A stretch of DNA of 64,000 nt from Bacteroidia bacterium (GCA_965279035.1 OZ257142.1:1152001-1216000); one strand, 5' to 3'; positions 37,322-47,487 are shown, counted from the first letter of the stretch. Numbers and translations are program-made. The notes: generated by a model from the sequence alone, not told the origin.

Positions 37322-38974
37322 ATGGATGATTTCTCAGCCCTATCTCGACTAAAAATTCTAAAAGAGGCTCAAAATCAAGTGTTTGATCTAATTATAATAG
37401 GTGGAGGAATCACAGGAGCTGGTATAGCACTGGATGCTGCATCAAGAGGATTATCTGTGCTTTTGATTGAAAAAGTTGATTTTGCTTTTGGTACGAGTAG
37501 TCGTTCTACTAAATTAATTCATGGTGGTTTAAGGTATCTTAAGCAATTGGAATTTAATTTAGTTAGAGAAGTAGGGAAAGAAAGAACAATCTTATATCAA
37601 AATGCTAAGCATCTTGTTCGTCCTGAACCGATGTTATTACCTGTTATTGAAGGCGGATCATTAGGAAAAAAAACTACTTCAATCGCTTTATGGGTATATG
37701 AATGGCTAGCGGGAGTTAAAGCTTCAGAACGCCGAAAAATGTTGAGCAAAGACCAATGTTTGAAAAAGGAGCCTTTATTGAAATCAGATTTAGTTAAAGG
37801 GGGAGCTATTTATACCGAATATCGAACTGATGATGCGAGATTAACAATTACAGTTTGTAAAACCGCTATTCAATATGGGGCAAAGCTTATTAATCATGTT
37901 GAGGTGAAAGAAATCTTGAAAAAGGATGGAATCGTCAATGGTGTTAAAGCATATGATTCGATCGGGAAACAAGAATATTCATTTTTTTCTCACTGTATCG
38001 TGAATGCAGCAGGTCCTTGGGTTGATACAATTCGGAAGAGAGATGGTTCTCTTTCTGGGAAATCACTGCATTTAACCAAAGGAGTTCATTTAGTTTTTTC
38101 TTCAGAGCGATTGCCTATCAAACAGGCCGCTTACTTTGATAGCTCCGATGGGCGAATGATATTTGCAATACCACGAGGTGAAATCACTTATATAGGAACA
38201 ACCGATACCAATTATACAGGTGACATTAGTAATCCTGAAGTTTCAAAAGAAGATATAATTTACTTATTAGAAGCATGTAATCGAATTTTCCCTTCATGCA
38301 AACTCAGTCAAAAAGATATACAATCTTCATGGGCTGGATTAAGACCTTTAATTCATGAAGTTGGCAAAAATCCTTCTGAATTGTCTCGAAAAGATGAAAT
38401 TTTCATTTCGAATACAGGACTCATTTCAATTGCAGGCGGAAAACTCACAGGTTATCGAGTTATGGCCCAAAAAGTAACAAATACTGTTGTTGCATTAATG
38501 AATAAAGAAGGAAATCAACACTTTAAAAATTGCTTTACACGAACAATTCAATTGAATGGCGGTGAGTTTAATAGTGAAGAAGAAATTGTCGAGTACCATC
38601 ACAAAATCTTTGGAGAAGGAAAACAAGTAGGAATTAATTTTAAACACGTTTCGAATTGGGTAAGTCGTTATGGAAGGGAAGCTGAAATTATTTTAGAAAT
38701 AGCGTATACATTATGGCCTAAAGCAGACAATAAAAGTTTGATTCCAGATTTAGCTGAAATGTATTATTCCATCTATAATGAAATGTGTATTCATCCTTCC
38801 GATTATTTTATTCGAAGAACCGGTCAATTGTACTTTCATCTGATTGATTTAAAGCAAAATTTTGAAGAATTATATCCTTGGTTTGTGAAGTTTGCAGGTT
38901 TATCTCATGAACAGTCAATTCAATTTAAGACTGAGTTTTTATTGGAATTAGAAAGAGTAATTCATTTTGAATAA
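37322..38974 (+). CDS. glpD: FAD-dependent glycerol-3-phosphate dehydrogenase
   Basis: Motifs IIGGGITGAG, GTSSRSTKLIHGGLRYL, DDARL, NAAGPW, IGTTD, AGLRPL, GGKLTGYR. Confidence 0.94.
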   Translation: MDDFSALSRLKILKEAQNQVFDLIIIGGGITGAGIALDAASRGLSVLLIEKVDFAFGTSSRSTKLIHGGLRYLKQLEFNLVREVGKERTILYQNAKHLVRPEPMLLPVIEGGSLGKKTTSIALWVYEWLAGVKASERRKMLSKDQCLKKEPLLKSDLVKGGAIYTEYRTDDARLTITVCKTAIQYGAKLINHVEVKEILKKDGIVNGVKAYDSIGKQEYSFFSHCIVNAAGPWVDTIRKRDGSLSGKSLHLTKGVHLVFSSERLPIKQAAYFDSSDGRMIFAIPRGEITYIGTTDTNYTGDISNPEVSKEDIIYLLEACNRIFPSCKLSQKDIQSSWAGLRPLIHEVGKNPSELSRKDEIFISNTGLISIAGGKLTGYRVMAQKVTNTVVALMNKEGNQHFKNCFTRTIQLNGGEFNSEEEIVEYHHKIFGEGKQVGINFKHVSNWVSRYGREAEIILEIAYTLWPKADNKSLIPDLAEMYYSIYNEMCIHPSDYFIRRTGQLYFHLIDLKQNFEELYPWFVKFAGLSHEQSIQFKTEFLLELERVIHFE

Positions 38975-39013
38975 ATAAATCGGACTTAAATAGTTTATGG
39001 GTAATTTCGCGCC

Positions 39014-39913
39014 GTGGAATCGATACTATTAGCATTTTCAACCCCTTTTATGGTGGTTCTTATTTTGGCTGAAATGATTTATAGCCATTATCACCATAGA
39101 CAACTTTATACAACAGGTGACACTGTAGTTAATTTACTTTTTACAACTTGGAACTTTGTCAATGACTTGGTTTTCATGGGAGTTACAATAATTATTTTGA
39201 ATTGGGTAAATTCCTATGAAGTATTTACATTCAGTCATAAAGGAGTTATGTATTGGGTTTTGCTTTTTTTTCTTGAAGATTTGGCCTATTATACACTACA
39301 CTGTGCGGATCATTACATTCGGATTTTTTGGGCAACACATTCAACACATCATTCGAGTGAGAAGTATAATTTTACTGTAGCTATTCGATCATCAGTTTTT
39401 CAGCCCTTTTACCGCTTTTTATTTTTTATTCCGGTTGCTTTATTGGGATTTGATGCTGGAGATATCTTTTTTATGTATGCCGCAACTCAGGTATACGGAT
39501 TCTGGGTTCACACGGAGTTGATAGGTAAATTAAATCCCATTTTTGAATACATATTTGTGACGCCATCTCATCACCGTGTTCATCATGCTTCAAATCCAAA
39601 ATATTTAGATCGCAACATGGGAATGGTTCTTATTATTTGGGATAGAATTTTCGGAACATTCACGGAAGAAGATTTACGTGAACCTGTCAAATTTGGACTA
39701 ACTCAGAATGTCGGCTCCTATAATCCAATTAAAGTAGCCTTTTTTGAATGGAGAAATATGGTGATGGATTTAAAAAACGCACCTGATTTTAGAGCATGTA
39801 TCGGATATATTTTTGGTCCTCCAGGTTGGAGTCATGATGGATCAAAAAAGACAGCTAAGCAAATGAAAGAGGAGATTGAAATGCAACATTCTGTGCAGTA
39901 TCATACCAATTGA
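39014..39913 (+). CDS. Fatty acid hydroxylase/sterol desaturase family protein (alkylglycerol monooxygenase-like)
   Basis: His boxes H...H, HSTHHS, WVH, HHRVHH; NMG..LIIWDRIFGTF; GPPGW. Confidence 0.88.
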   Translation: MESILLAFSTPFMVVLILAEMIYSHYHHRQLYTTGDTVVNLLFTTWNFVNDLVFMGVTIIILNWVNSYEVFTFSHKGVMYWVLLFFLEDLAYYTLHCADHYIRIFWATHSTHHSSEKYNFTVAIRSSVFQPFYRFLFFIPVALLGFDAGDIFFMYAATQVYGFWVHTELIGKLNPIFEYIFVTPSHHRVHHASNPKYLDRNMGMVLIIWDRIFGTFTEEDLREPVKFGLTQNVGSYNPIKVAFFEWRNMVMDLKNAPDFRACIGYIFGPPGWSHDGSKKTAKQMKEEIEMQHSVQYHTN

Positions 39914-40054
39914 ATTGATAATTTTAAAAGATTTCAAAAAAAGACATCTGTTTAAATTGCTGATTTGTAAATGGATATGACTTTTTATTTGTAAGTTTTA
40001 CAATCTTTTTGTTATAAAAGTTAAACTGACTTGGATTTTGAAAAGATCTTTTAA

Positions 40055-40062
40055 TATCTTTG
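40055..40062 (+). promoter_or_regulatory. -7 promoter box (TATCTTTG) for the PID-CTERM/exosortase pair
   Basis: Matches TAnnTTTG, with TTG at 40031 about 21 nt upstream; supports start at 40104. Confidence 0.6.
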
Positions 40063-40103
40063 TGAAGACTGAGATTGAACAACCAAACACACTCACACAC
40101 CAC

Positions 40104-40292
40104 ATGCTTAAGAACTTATTTACAACTACATGTATTCTTTTCGCCTCAGGCTTAATCAATACTATCATGGCTACTCCAACTCCTCCAGGCCCTACAATTA
40201 TTCCAATTGACGGAGGTGTTTCACTTTTACTAGCTGCTTGTGCTGGATACGGTGCGAAGAAAATTTACGATTCTCGCAAGGAAAAGAAATAA
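40104..40292 (+). CDS. Small exported protein with PID-CTERM-type sorting signal (62 aa)
   Basis: Signal peptide, TPTPPGPTII, PIDGG, TM helix VSLLLAACAGYGA, basic tail KKIYDSRKEKK. Confidence 0.8.
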   Translation: MLKNLFTTTCILFASGLINTIMATPTPPGPTIIPIDGGVSLLLAACAGYGAKKIYDSRKEKK

Positions 40293-40322
40293 TTCTTTTT
40301 TACCGTATATCCTGAAATTGAA

Positions 40323-40883
40323 GTGAGTGGGTCAAAATCGATTAACATTTTCCTTGCGAAAATTTTCGGGTTTTATTTCTTTTGGTTAATATCAGATAAT
40401 TGGCTTTGTCATGTTTCTGGTATATACAATACTCTTTGGATGTATTGTTACCATATTTTGCTTCAAATTCTCAATAATTCAAGCGCTCTTTTGCTTCGTT
40501 TATTAGATTATGAAGTAGTTAATAATTATAGATCTGTTGCTATCGTAGGTTCCTATGGGGTTGTCATAGGTAATCATTGTGTGGGTTTCGGATTATTATT
40601 TGCTTTTTTTGCTCTTATTTTCTCTTATCCAGGACCTTGGAAAAGAAAGCTGTATTTTATTCCACTTGGATTAGCAGCTATCATGGTTACTAACATTATT
40701 CGTGTTGCTGCGTTATGCATTTCTTCCTTTAATAAAGGTGGTTTTGTAGATCTCAATCAACATGATATGTTTAACTATATCATTTACGCATTGATATTTA
40801 TTTTATGGGTAGTATGGATACGATTTATTATTCCAGACTATGATATCTTGAGCAATAGCGTCATTAAAAAAGCAAAAGAATAA
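40323..40883 (+). CDS. Exosortase/archaeosortase family protein
   Basis: Multi-TM protein with the Cys-Arg-His triad in the expected contexts: NHCVG, NIIRV, NQHDMF. Confidence 0.85.
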   Translation: MSGSKSINIFLAKIFGFYFFWLISDNWLCHVSGIYNTLWMYCYHILLQILNNSSALLLRLLDYEVVNNYRSVAIVGSYGVVIGNHCVGFGLLFAFFALIFSYPGPWKRKLYFIPLGLAAIMVTNIIRVAALCISSFNKGGFVDLNQHDMFNYIIYALIFILWVVWIRFIIPDYDILSNSVIKKAKE

Positions 40884-40899
40884 TTACTATTTCCAAAAT

Positions 40900-41982
40900 C
40901 TATTCGCTAGTATCTTCTGTCAACTTAATTTTAGATTGATAATAATTCCCCCATTTCGAGAGTACTTCTTGAAAATCAGCAGGTAATTCAGAATCAAAGA
41001 AAACTTCCTTACCGCTTACAGGATGAATAAATCCAAGTGATTTTGCATGCAATGCCTGTCGTGGTATAGCATCAAAGCAATTTTGTATAAACTGCTTATA
41101 CGATTGAAATGTAGTTCCCTTTAATATTTTGTCTCCTCCATATGTATCATCATTAAAAAGAGGATGACCAATATATTTCATATGAACTCGAATTTGATGA
41201 GTTCTACCAGTTTCCAATCGACATTCAATGAGAGTTACATACCCAAATCGTTGTAATACAGTATAGTGTGTAACTGCATGTCTGCCTTGTGAGCCATCGG
41301 GATAAACTGTAAACAATTTCCTATTTCTATTATCCCGATCAATATGACCGGTTATAGTTCCTGTTTCAGCCTTTACATCTCCCCAGACTAAAGCTACATA
41401 CCTTCTTTTTGTTGTTCTATCAAAAAATTGTTTTGCCAAATGTGTCATGGCGAATTCGTTTTTTGCTAAAACCATGATTCCAGATGTGTTTTTATCTAAT
41501 CGATGCACTAATCCTGGACGAGGTTGTTTCTGCTGAAATAAAGGTAAATGTTGAAAATGATAAATAACGGCATTTATCAAAGTACCTGAATAGTTACCAA
41601 AACCCGGATGAACAACCATACCCGGTTGCTTATTAATCATAATCACATCATCATCTTCATATACTATATTCAAGGGAATATCTTCCCCTTTCAATTCCTT
41701 TTCACGAGGAGGATGAGCAAAAACTACTGTCACAATATCAAATGGCTTAACACGATAGTTCGACTTTACGATCTTACCATTCACTAATATATTTCCAGCA
41801 GCAGCTGCATTTTGTAAACGACTTCTCGAAGTGTGTTCTAATCGGTTTTGAAGAAACTTGTCAACCCTCAATAAAACTTGTCCTTTATCTGCTACTATGC
41901 GAACATGTTCGTAAAGTTCTTGGTCTTCGTCTTGTTCCCAGCTTAATTCTTCTTCCTCCGATTCAATAAATTCGTCGTTCAT
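40900..41982 (-). CDS. rluD: RluA-family pseudouridine synthase (RluD-like)
   Basis: S4 domain, NKQPGMVVHP, HRLDKNTSG, LETGRTHQIRVH, RQALHA. Confidence 0.9.
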   Translation of the reverse strand: MNDEFIESEEEELSWEQDEDQELYEHVRIVADKGQVLLRVDKFLQNRLEHTSRSRLQNAAAAGNILVNGKIVKSNYRVKPFDIVTVVFAHPPREKELKGEDIPLNIVYEDDDVIMINKQPGMVVHPGFGNYSGTLINAVIYHFQHLPLFQQKQPRPGLVHRLDKNTSGIMVLAKNEFAMTHLAKQFFDRTTKRRYVALVWGDVKAETGTITGHIDRDNRNRKLFTVYPDGSQGRHAVTHYTVLQRFGYVTLIECRLETGRTHQIRVHMKYIGHPLFNDDTYGGDKILKGTTFQSYKQFIQNCFDAIPRQALHAKSLGFIHPVSGKEVFFDSELPADFQEVLSKWGNYYQSKIKLTEDTSE

Positions 41983-43880
41983 TTTTCTGGGTTCAATATC
42001 AGTCGCTTAACAGATCCAATTCTAGTATTGGATTTTCGTAATTCCATAAAATATACTCCAGCGTCTATATCAGTAAATTCAACAGAGTTTGAAGTGGAAA
42101 CTAAGTTTTGTCTAAATATGATTTTTCCAGTTATATCGTACAGATTCAATTTAGCACTTGAAATTCCATAAGGTAATTGAACTGTTGTGATTGAAGCAGT
42201 TGGATTAGGGTAGAAATTCCAATCAGATTTGAATGGTTCAATTGGTTCAATTTTCACATATTGATCTTGTGTATATTTGAAAAGAGGCCTTATCATTAAC
42301 GTTCCTTCTTGTGCGAAGTAATTATACCAATTGCCATCTAAGTTGTAAAATATTCTATTCGTGTTATTATTGTTTCGGTCATAACCTAAATTTATATCAA
42401 ATCCAGTATTCTGAGCCCAACCAATGTAATATGTTCCTGCAGGAAGGTAAATAGGAGTTTCTAATTCATACGTATGAAATTGATTCAATCCATTGTATTG
42501 GGGATAATGCACACCTTCATTTACTAATATTTCACCTGGTTGATTTGCTCCTGCTGCCCATACCATTAAATAGAAAGATTTATCAATAACCTGATCATTT
42601 ACTCTGTTGAAATAAAATTGTATTGATTTTAAAGTATCTCCTAAATACGTATCAAATTTTTGACAAGCAAAACCACCCCCGTTATTATTAATGCTTAATC
42701 GTTCCTCTGCCGAACCATCATCAAGTGCATAATAATTACTTAAAACTTGGCGATAGATAGCTGTATCATTTCTTGGAATTAAATCTCCAGCATTATTATC
42801 GATATAATGAACTAATTCAAATTCAGTCCAAGCTGTACCAGGATCTTCATAGGTGTACTTAACAGCTTTGGAAAAAATATATTCTTGCCTTGATAATATC
42901 GGACCTTGATTCGCATGAAGAGAATCTCGATCGAATACTGGGTCAAAATCGTGATTTTGAAAATGGTAGGTATATAATTTAAAATCAGAAGCAGCAGATT
43001 GTGTGGTCCACGAAATAGAATATATAGTATCCATATTCGCATCCGCATTCGGTATGAAATGGCTTAATGGAACTGATTCATAGGTTTTTAATAAACTGGT
43101 AGGAGGATTCATAAAACTAAAATCCACTAAAGTGGTATCATTCCGATATCGATTTCTATCTAGTCTTATATAATCCAAATGCCAATGATCCCAACTTCCA
43201 TTGAGTTGAGCGTAATTTCTAAATCGGAATTGAAATCCAGTTTTTAGAAATGCAGTATCTACGATAGGAACCATTACTTGCTTAAAGTTCCGATATGTTT
43301 GAGGATAATCTTCTCCCTTTGAACTCCAAACCCATGTCCATAAAGTATCGTTTGGATTTTTAAATTCTAGTAAAAATGTATCTATATATTCAGGGAAATT
43401 TCCTAATCCTTTGGGTTGATAAAAGAAACTCAAGTAAATAGAATCTGATGCCGGATAATTGAGATTTATGAAATGGGAAGTTAGTGTATCAGCTGATCCT
43501 TTAATATTCGAAGTAGCATAAGGCTCTCCTTTCGCATTTAATCCATCAAAAGTTGCCACTCCAATACTTGGAGGATTTTGAGCCATTGTACGATTGATGA
43601 AAACCGAATAATCAATCCAAAGAGTATTTATTGGGGCAAATCCTTCATATGAGAAATCATCAATAAAAGGTAATTCTAATGTGTCTGTTAAAGACTTTAA
43701 ATCCTTATAAATTGAGCTCGTGAAACTCTTCTCCGGTTTAGGAAAACTATTCGAACCTAGTGGATTCGTATGCAATTGTGCTTGAAGAAAACCACTCAGA
43801 AAAAGAAGAGATATTGTAAATCGAACTGAAATTGAAAATATATTATTCAAGACTGTCGGTTTTAATTCTGGCTTGTTCAA
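41979..43880 (-). CDS. Secreted protein with T9SS type A C-terminal sorting domain
   Basis: Signal peptide; LPFIDDFS, ATFDGLN, FQFRFRN, WHLDYI; CTD FYPNP....GVYFM. Confidence 0.85.
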   Translation of the reverse strand: MNKPELKPTVLNNIFSISVRFTISLLFLSGFLQAQLHTNPLGSNSFPKPEKSFTSSIYKDLKSLTDTLELPFIDDFSYEGFAPINTLWIDYSVFINRTMAQNPPSIGVATFDGLNAKGEPYATSNIKGSADTLTSHFINLNYPASDSIYLSFFYQPKGLGNFPEYIDTFLLEFKNPNDTLWTWVWSSKGEDYPQTYRNFKQVMVPIVDTAFLKTGFQFRFRNYAQLNGSWDHWHLDYIRLDRNRYRNDTTLVDFSFMNPPTSLLKTYESVPLSHFIPNADANMDTIYSISWTTQSAASDFKLYTYHFQNHDFDPVFDRDSLHANQGPILSRQEYIFSKAVKYTYEDPGTAWTEFELVHYIDNNAGDLIPRNDTAIYRQVLSNYYALDDGSAEERLSINNNGGGFACQKFDTYLGDTLKSIQFYFNRVNDQVIDKSFYLMVWAAGANQPGEILVNEGVHYPQYNGLNQFHTYELETPIYLPAGTYYIGWAQNTGFDINLGYDRNNNNTNRIFYNLDGNWYNYFAQEGTLMIRPLFKYTQDQYVKIEPIEPFKSDWNFYPNPTASITTVQLPYGISSAKLNLYDITGKIIFRQNLVSTSNSVEFTDIDAGVYFMELRKSNTRIGSVKRLILNPEK

Positions 43881-44643
43881 TTTTTTCCTCCGAATTCGTT
43901 ATCCATATATCTATAATGGCTCCATCGTAAAGTCCTTCAGCAGCATTATGACTTGGATTTTGTCTATAAACGCGTGCATTGATTGTATCATTGTCCATAA
44001 TATCAGGAACAATTCTGCCTAAATCTAACAAACGCTCAGATAGTGTATGTCGGACATCAGAAAGCGTCATACCAATAAGATCAGGAACTGGAATAAGTCC
44101 TCCGCCATTTCCTCTCCCAAGAATCAAATCAATAGCAGAACCTTTATCGATAAGAGTTCCGGGTTTTATTGGTACACCTTTGTAAAGCTGCTTCATAACA
44201 GGAGGGAGACCTTCGACGTATCGTAAAGCTCCTACTTTGAGCCCATAAGTCTCCAACAATGAACTTGCTTGTCGTTGAGAAAGATCGATGAGATTGGGCA
44301 TGGCGACTTTTTGATTCAACATGGCATTCACCGTTAAATAAATCACCCTTCCCGGTTTAACTTTCGAACCAGGTTCTGGATCTTGATCTACAACAGTTCC
44401 TTTGTCTTTATCAAGATTGTAAATTGAATCAACGATTTCATAACGAACATCTTGACCTTCTAAAAATTTATCAAGATCACGAATGTAAATTTTCTCAAAA
44501 TTGGGGACTACTACTTCGTCTCCGTGTTTTGTGTATACATTCAATAAGGCAAATGAACCCCAGAGCACACCAAATGCTATGACACTCGCAATAAGCAAAT
44601 GACGCCAAAAAGAGGAAGATTTAATTATTGAAGAAATTTCCAT
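43843..44643 (-). CDS. PASTA domain-containing membrane-anchored protein
   Basis: N-terminal TM; three PASTA-like repeats (VPNF, MPNLID, VPDLIG) with Q.P motifs. Confidence 0.88.
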   Translation of the reverse strand: MEISSIIKSSSFWRHLLIASVIAFGVLWGSFALLNVYTKHGDEVVVPNFEKIYIRDLDKFLEGQDVRYEIVDSIYNLDKDKGTVVDQDPEPGSKVKPGRVIYLTVNAMLNQKVAMPNLIDLSQRQASSLLETYGLKVGALRYVEGLPPVMKQLYKGVPIKPGTLIDKGSAIDLILGRGNGGGLIPVPDLIGMTLSDVRHTLSERLLDLGRIVPDIMDNDTINARVYRQNPSHNAAEGLYDGAIIDIWITNSEEKIEQARIKTDSLE

Positions 44644-44647
44644 GAAT

Positions 44648-47344
44648 TCAAGCTAGTTGTTGTTTTTTACTAGCTGATTGTTCCGCAAAAGTCATGATTT
44701 TTTCAATAAAATCGTAAGGCTTATATCCATTGATTGCACTCTGATGAAAGATACAGGTTGCAGGTGTCATTCCAGGTAATGAATTCACCTCAATAAAAAT
44801 GACTTCCACTTTCCCATCAGCATATACGCGTACAAAGGCATCAATTCGGCAATAACCTCTAACATTGAGTGCTCTAGCGGCTTTTTCAAGTTCTGATTTT
44901 ACCACATTTGAAATATCCTGTCGGCGTTTTGGGTCTTTTGCATAACGAGCTGGAGTGATATTCTGCCCTTGTCCAGCTAAGAATTTCTCTTCGAGTGATA
45001 AAACTTCTCCCTCAGAAAGTGCTTCTGATGCTTCAAATAATTCATATTGGATTGTACCATTCGAATCAAAATGTGTAAGCATTCCTCCTGTTATTTCGAG
45101 AAACGTATCAGCTCCATTAGCAGTAATCAAGCTTTCAACTAAGAATTGACGCTTCATTGGAAACTCTTCTTTCGGCTTAATCTTCAACTTAGCTGCATCC
45201 GATTCTATTAATGCTTCTTGTTTTCTGAAAATCAAACGGGCAAAGGAACTGAATTCCTCTACTGTATGAATTTTCTTCACAGCTGAACTACATCCATCAT
45301 CTACCGGCTTTGCAATTAATGGAAATCCAGTTAATACGGCTTTTTGAAGCACCACTTCTGCGTTGGTGTTCCAAGCATCTTCACTAACAAGGAAATGTTC
45401 TGCTACTAAAAGCCCATTATTTTTAAGGATTTCGTTTGTACGGTACTTATCTATCGTAATGCTAGATGAATCTGCATCAGAGCCATTGTAAGGCAATCCA
45501 ACTTTACTTAATTGAATTTGTAAAGCTCCATCTTCACCTGGTCGGCCATGTAAAGCGATAAAGACTTCAGAAACTCGCTCAGCCAGTTGCTGATAGCTCA
45601 ATTGTTCGGGAGCTTTTAGGTTTTGAATATCTCCAAACTTAATTGTGAGTGCTTTACATTCTTCAATAATCTGATGGATAATTGGATGCACCGAAAAGTG
45701 TTGGATTTTCTCCAGTATATCATCGGCATTATCCTTCAACATCAAGTTGATTGGTAAAGTGAATAATTCATGTTTTTCATCATTCCCGCTGAGGAAAACC
45801 GGAATAGGTTCGAATACAGAAGAAGAGGATAATTTTTCATATACATTTCGTCCACTTTCCACTGAAATATGGCGTTCGGATGAATAACCTCCAAAAACAA
45901 CGGCAATGCGTTTCTTGGTATTACTTTGTCCTTCTTGAGATTTCATGAGTGAATCAAGTTGGGCAAGGAGTTTTTCGGCAGTTCCGTTGTATTTCAGTTC
46001 CTCTCGGCGTTTGCGTACAGAAGTGTAAAGAATATACGTGATGAATTGAGATGGATTGAATCCAATTTCGGCAGCTTGATGGAAAAAGAAAGAAGAAGGC
46101 ATCATGCCCGAAGTGGTATTCGGGTCGTTCAAGAAAATTCTACCATCGCTTGAGATAAAGCCGTCGATACGGGCATACACTCCAAAACCTAAAGTAGTGT
46201 ATAGCTTTTCACATGTTTCGCGAATGGCGGCTATTTGCTCATCCGGAATCTGAATGGGAGTGATTTTGCGCGATAAACCTGGCAGGTATTTCGAACGATA
46301 ATCGAACACTTCTTTGCCTTTTCGAATCTCGGTAGGAGGAAGGCAAATTGCTTTCCCATCTAATCCTTCAATTACAATCGAAGAAAATTCTTTCCCTTCG
46401 ATAAATCCTTCGATGATAATTTCACTTTCACCATCAAGTGATTCAAGTAGCAAACGAGCCATGGGATTGGTCGCTTGTTGATTATCTAACCAAGAAATTA
46501 ATTCATCGGGATGATACAAAACGGCATCTCCAATTCGAATCGGAATTCCAATTCCTTCACGGATATCACATAAAGTGCGAACCCACTCAATTTTTGCGAT
46601 TTTGCTCCAAGTTGCCCATTCGGAAACAGCTAAATAGCGAATGAAGAAACTACGATCAATAGCTTCTGATAGTGCTTCCTTACTTATTTCTTGAAGCACA
46701 TTTACACCAATCGACGAACCTTGAGTTGGAGCTTTTACAACACAAGGAAATCCGGTTATTTGTTTTACTTCTTGAAGTAGATTAGTAGCATGACGTTCGC
46801 GTATCCATTTTTCACGAGTAAGTGTGAAGAATTTTGGACCGTTAAAGCCAGCCTGCAGCATGAGCTTTTTCTGAACAATTTTATTTATTCCTACAGCACT
46901 CGGAAGTATTCCTGAGCCTGTATAGGGAATGTCGAAATATTCTAGTAATCCTTGAATACGACCATCTTCGCCGTATGGACCATGCAAACACAAAAAGGCA
47001 ACATCGATGTGTTGCTTTAAATCGCCTGCTTGGATTTTTGTGCCTAAGGTTGAAATGAGTTTTTCTTGTTCTTGAGCATTTAAATTGCCCAATGACTCTG
47101 CATAAATTTGGAATTCACCTTCACTTGATGGAATGGTATCCGGAGTTGGATAGAAATCACGAATACTTCCTTTGTAAACGTACTCCCAGTTGAGGAGGAT
47201 GAAATTATTGAAGCTATCAACAAAAATGGGGACAGCTTCGAACAAGCTTTTATTCAGGTTGTCGTATACGGTTCGTCCACCTGCAAATGAAATCTCACGT
47301 TCTTTGGAACGGCCTCCGAAGACAATGCCTACTTTGATTTTCAT
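44648..47344 (-). CDS. ddl: D-alanine--D-alanine ligase family protein with two tandem ligase domains (898 aa)
   Basis: Two complete ATP-grasp sets: FGGRSKEREIS/LHGPYGEDG/KAPTQGSS/RIDGF and FGGYSSERHIS/LHGRPGEDG/KPVDDGCS/RIDAF/EVNSLPG. Confidence 0.88.
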   Translation of the reverse strand: MKIKVGIVFGGRSKEREISFAGGRTVYDNLNKSLFEAVPIFVDSFNNFILLNWEYVYKGSIRDFYPTPDTIPSSEGEFQIYAESLGNLNAQEQEKLISTLGTKIQAGDLKQHIDVAFLCLHGPYGEDGRIQGLLEYFDIPYTGSGILPSAVGINKIVQKKLMLQAGFNGPKFFTLTREKWIRERHATNLLQEVKQITGFPCVVKAPTQGSSIGVNVLQEISKEALSEAIDRSFFIRYLAVSEWATWSKIAKIEWVRTLCDIREGIGIPIRIGDAVLYHPDELISWLDNQQATNPMARLLLESLDGESEIIIEGFIEGKEFSSIVIEGLDGKAICLPPTEIRKGKEVFDYRSKYLPGLSRKITPIQIPDEQIAAIRETCEKLYTTLGFGVYARIDGFISSDGRIFLNDPNTTSGMMPSSFFFHQAAEIGFNPSQFITYILYTSVRKRREELKYNGTAEKLLAQLDSLMKSQEGQSNTKKRIAVVFGGYSSERHISVESGRNVYEKLSSSSVFEPIPVFLSGNDEKHELFTLPINLMLKDNADDILEKIQHFSVHPIIHQIIEECKALTIKFGDIQNLKAPEQLSYQQLAERVSEVFIALHGRPGEDGALQIQLSKVGLPYNGSDADSSSITIDKYRTNEILKNNGLLVAEHFLVSEDAWNTNAEVVLQKAVLTGFPLIAKPVDDGCSSAVKKIHTVEEFSSFARLIFRKQEALIESDAAKLKIKPKEEFPMKRQFLVESLITANGADTFLEITGGMLTHFDSNGTIQYELFEASEALSEGEVLSLEEKFLAGQGQNITPARYAKDPKRRQDISNVVKSELEKAARALNVRGYCRIDAFVRVYADGKVEVIFIEVNSLPGMTPATCIFHQSAINGYKPYDFIEKIMTFAEQSASKKQQLA

Positions 47345-47487
47345 GGAATTTGGGATTCTAACCCTGTAAAACTAAGGCATTCATCGCCCTGAGAAGGAAT
47401 ATAACTAGGAACTTATGAAGATGTTCGGGTTGAAAAGCAAAACGCAGAAATCGAGTACTTGGTCTGTGGTAAGAATCGCCTATAAAA

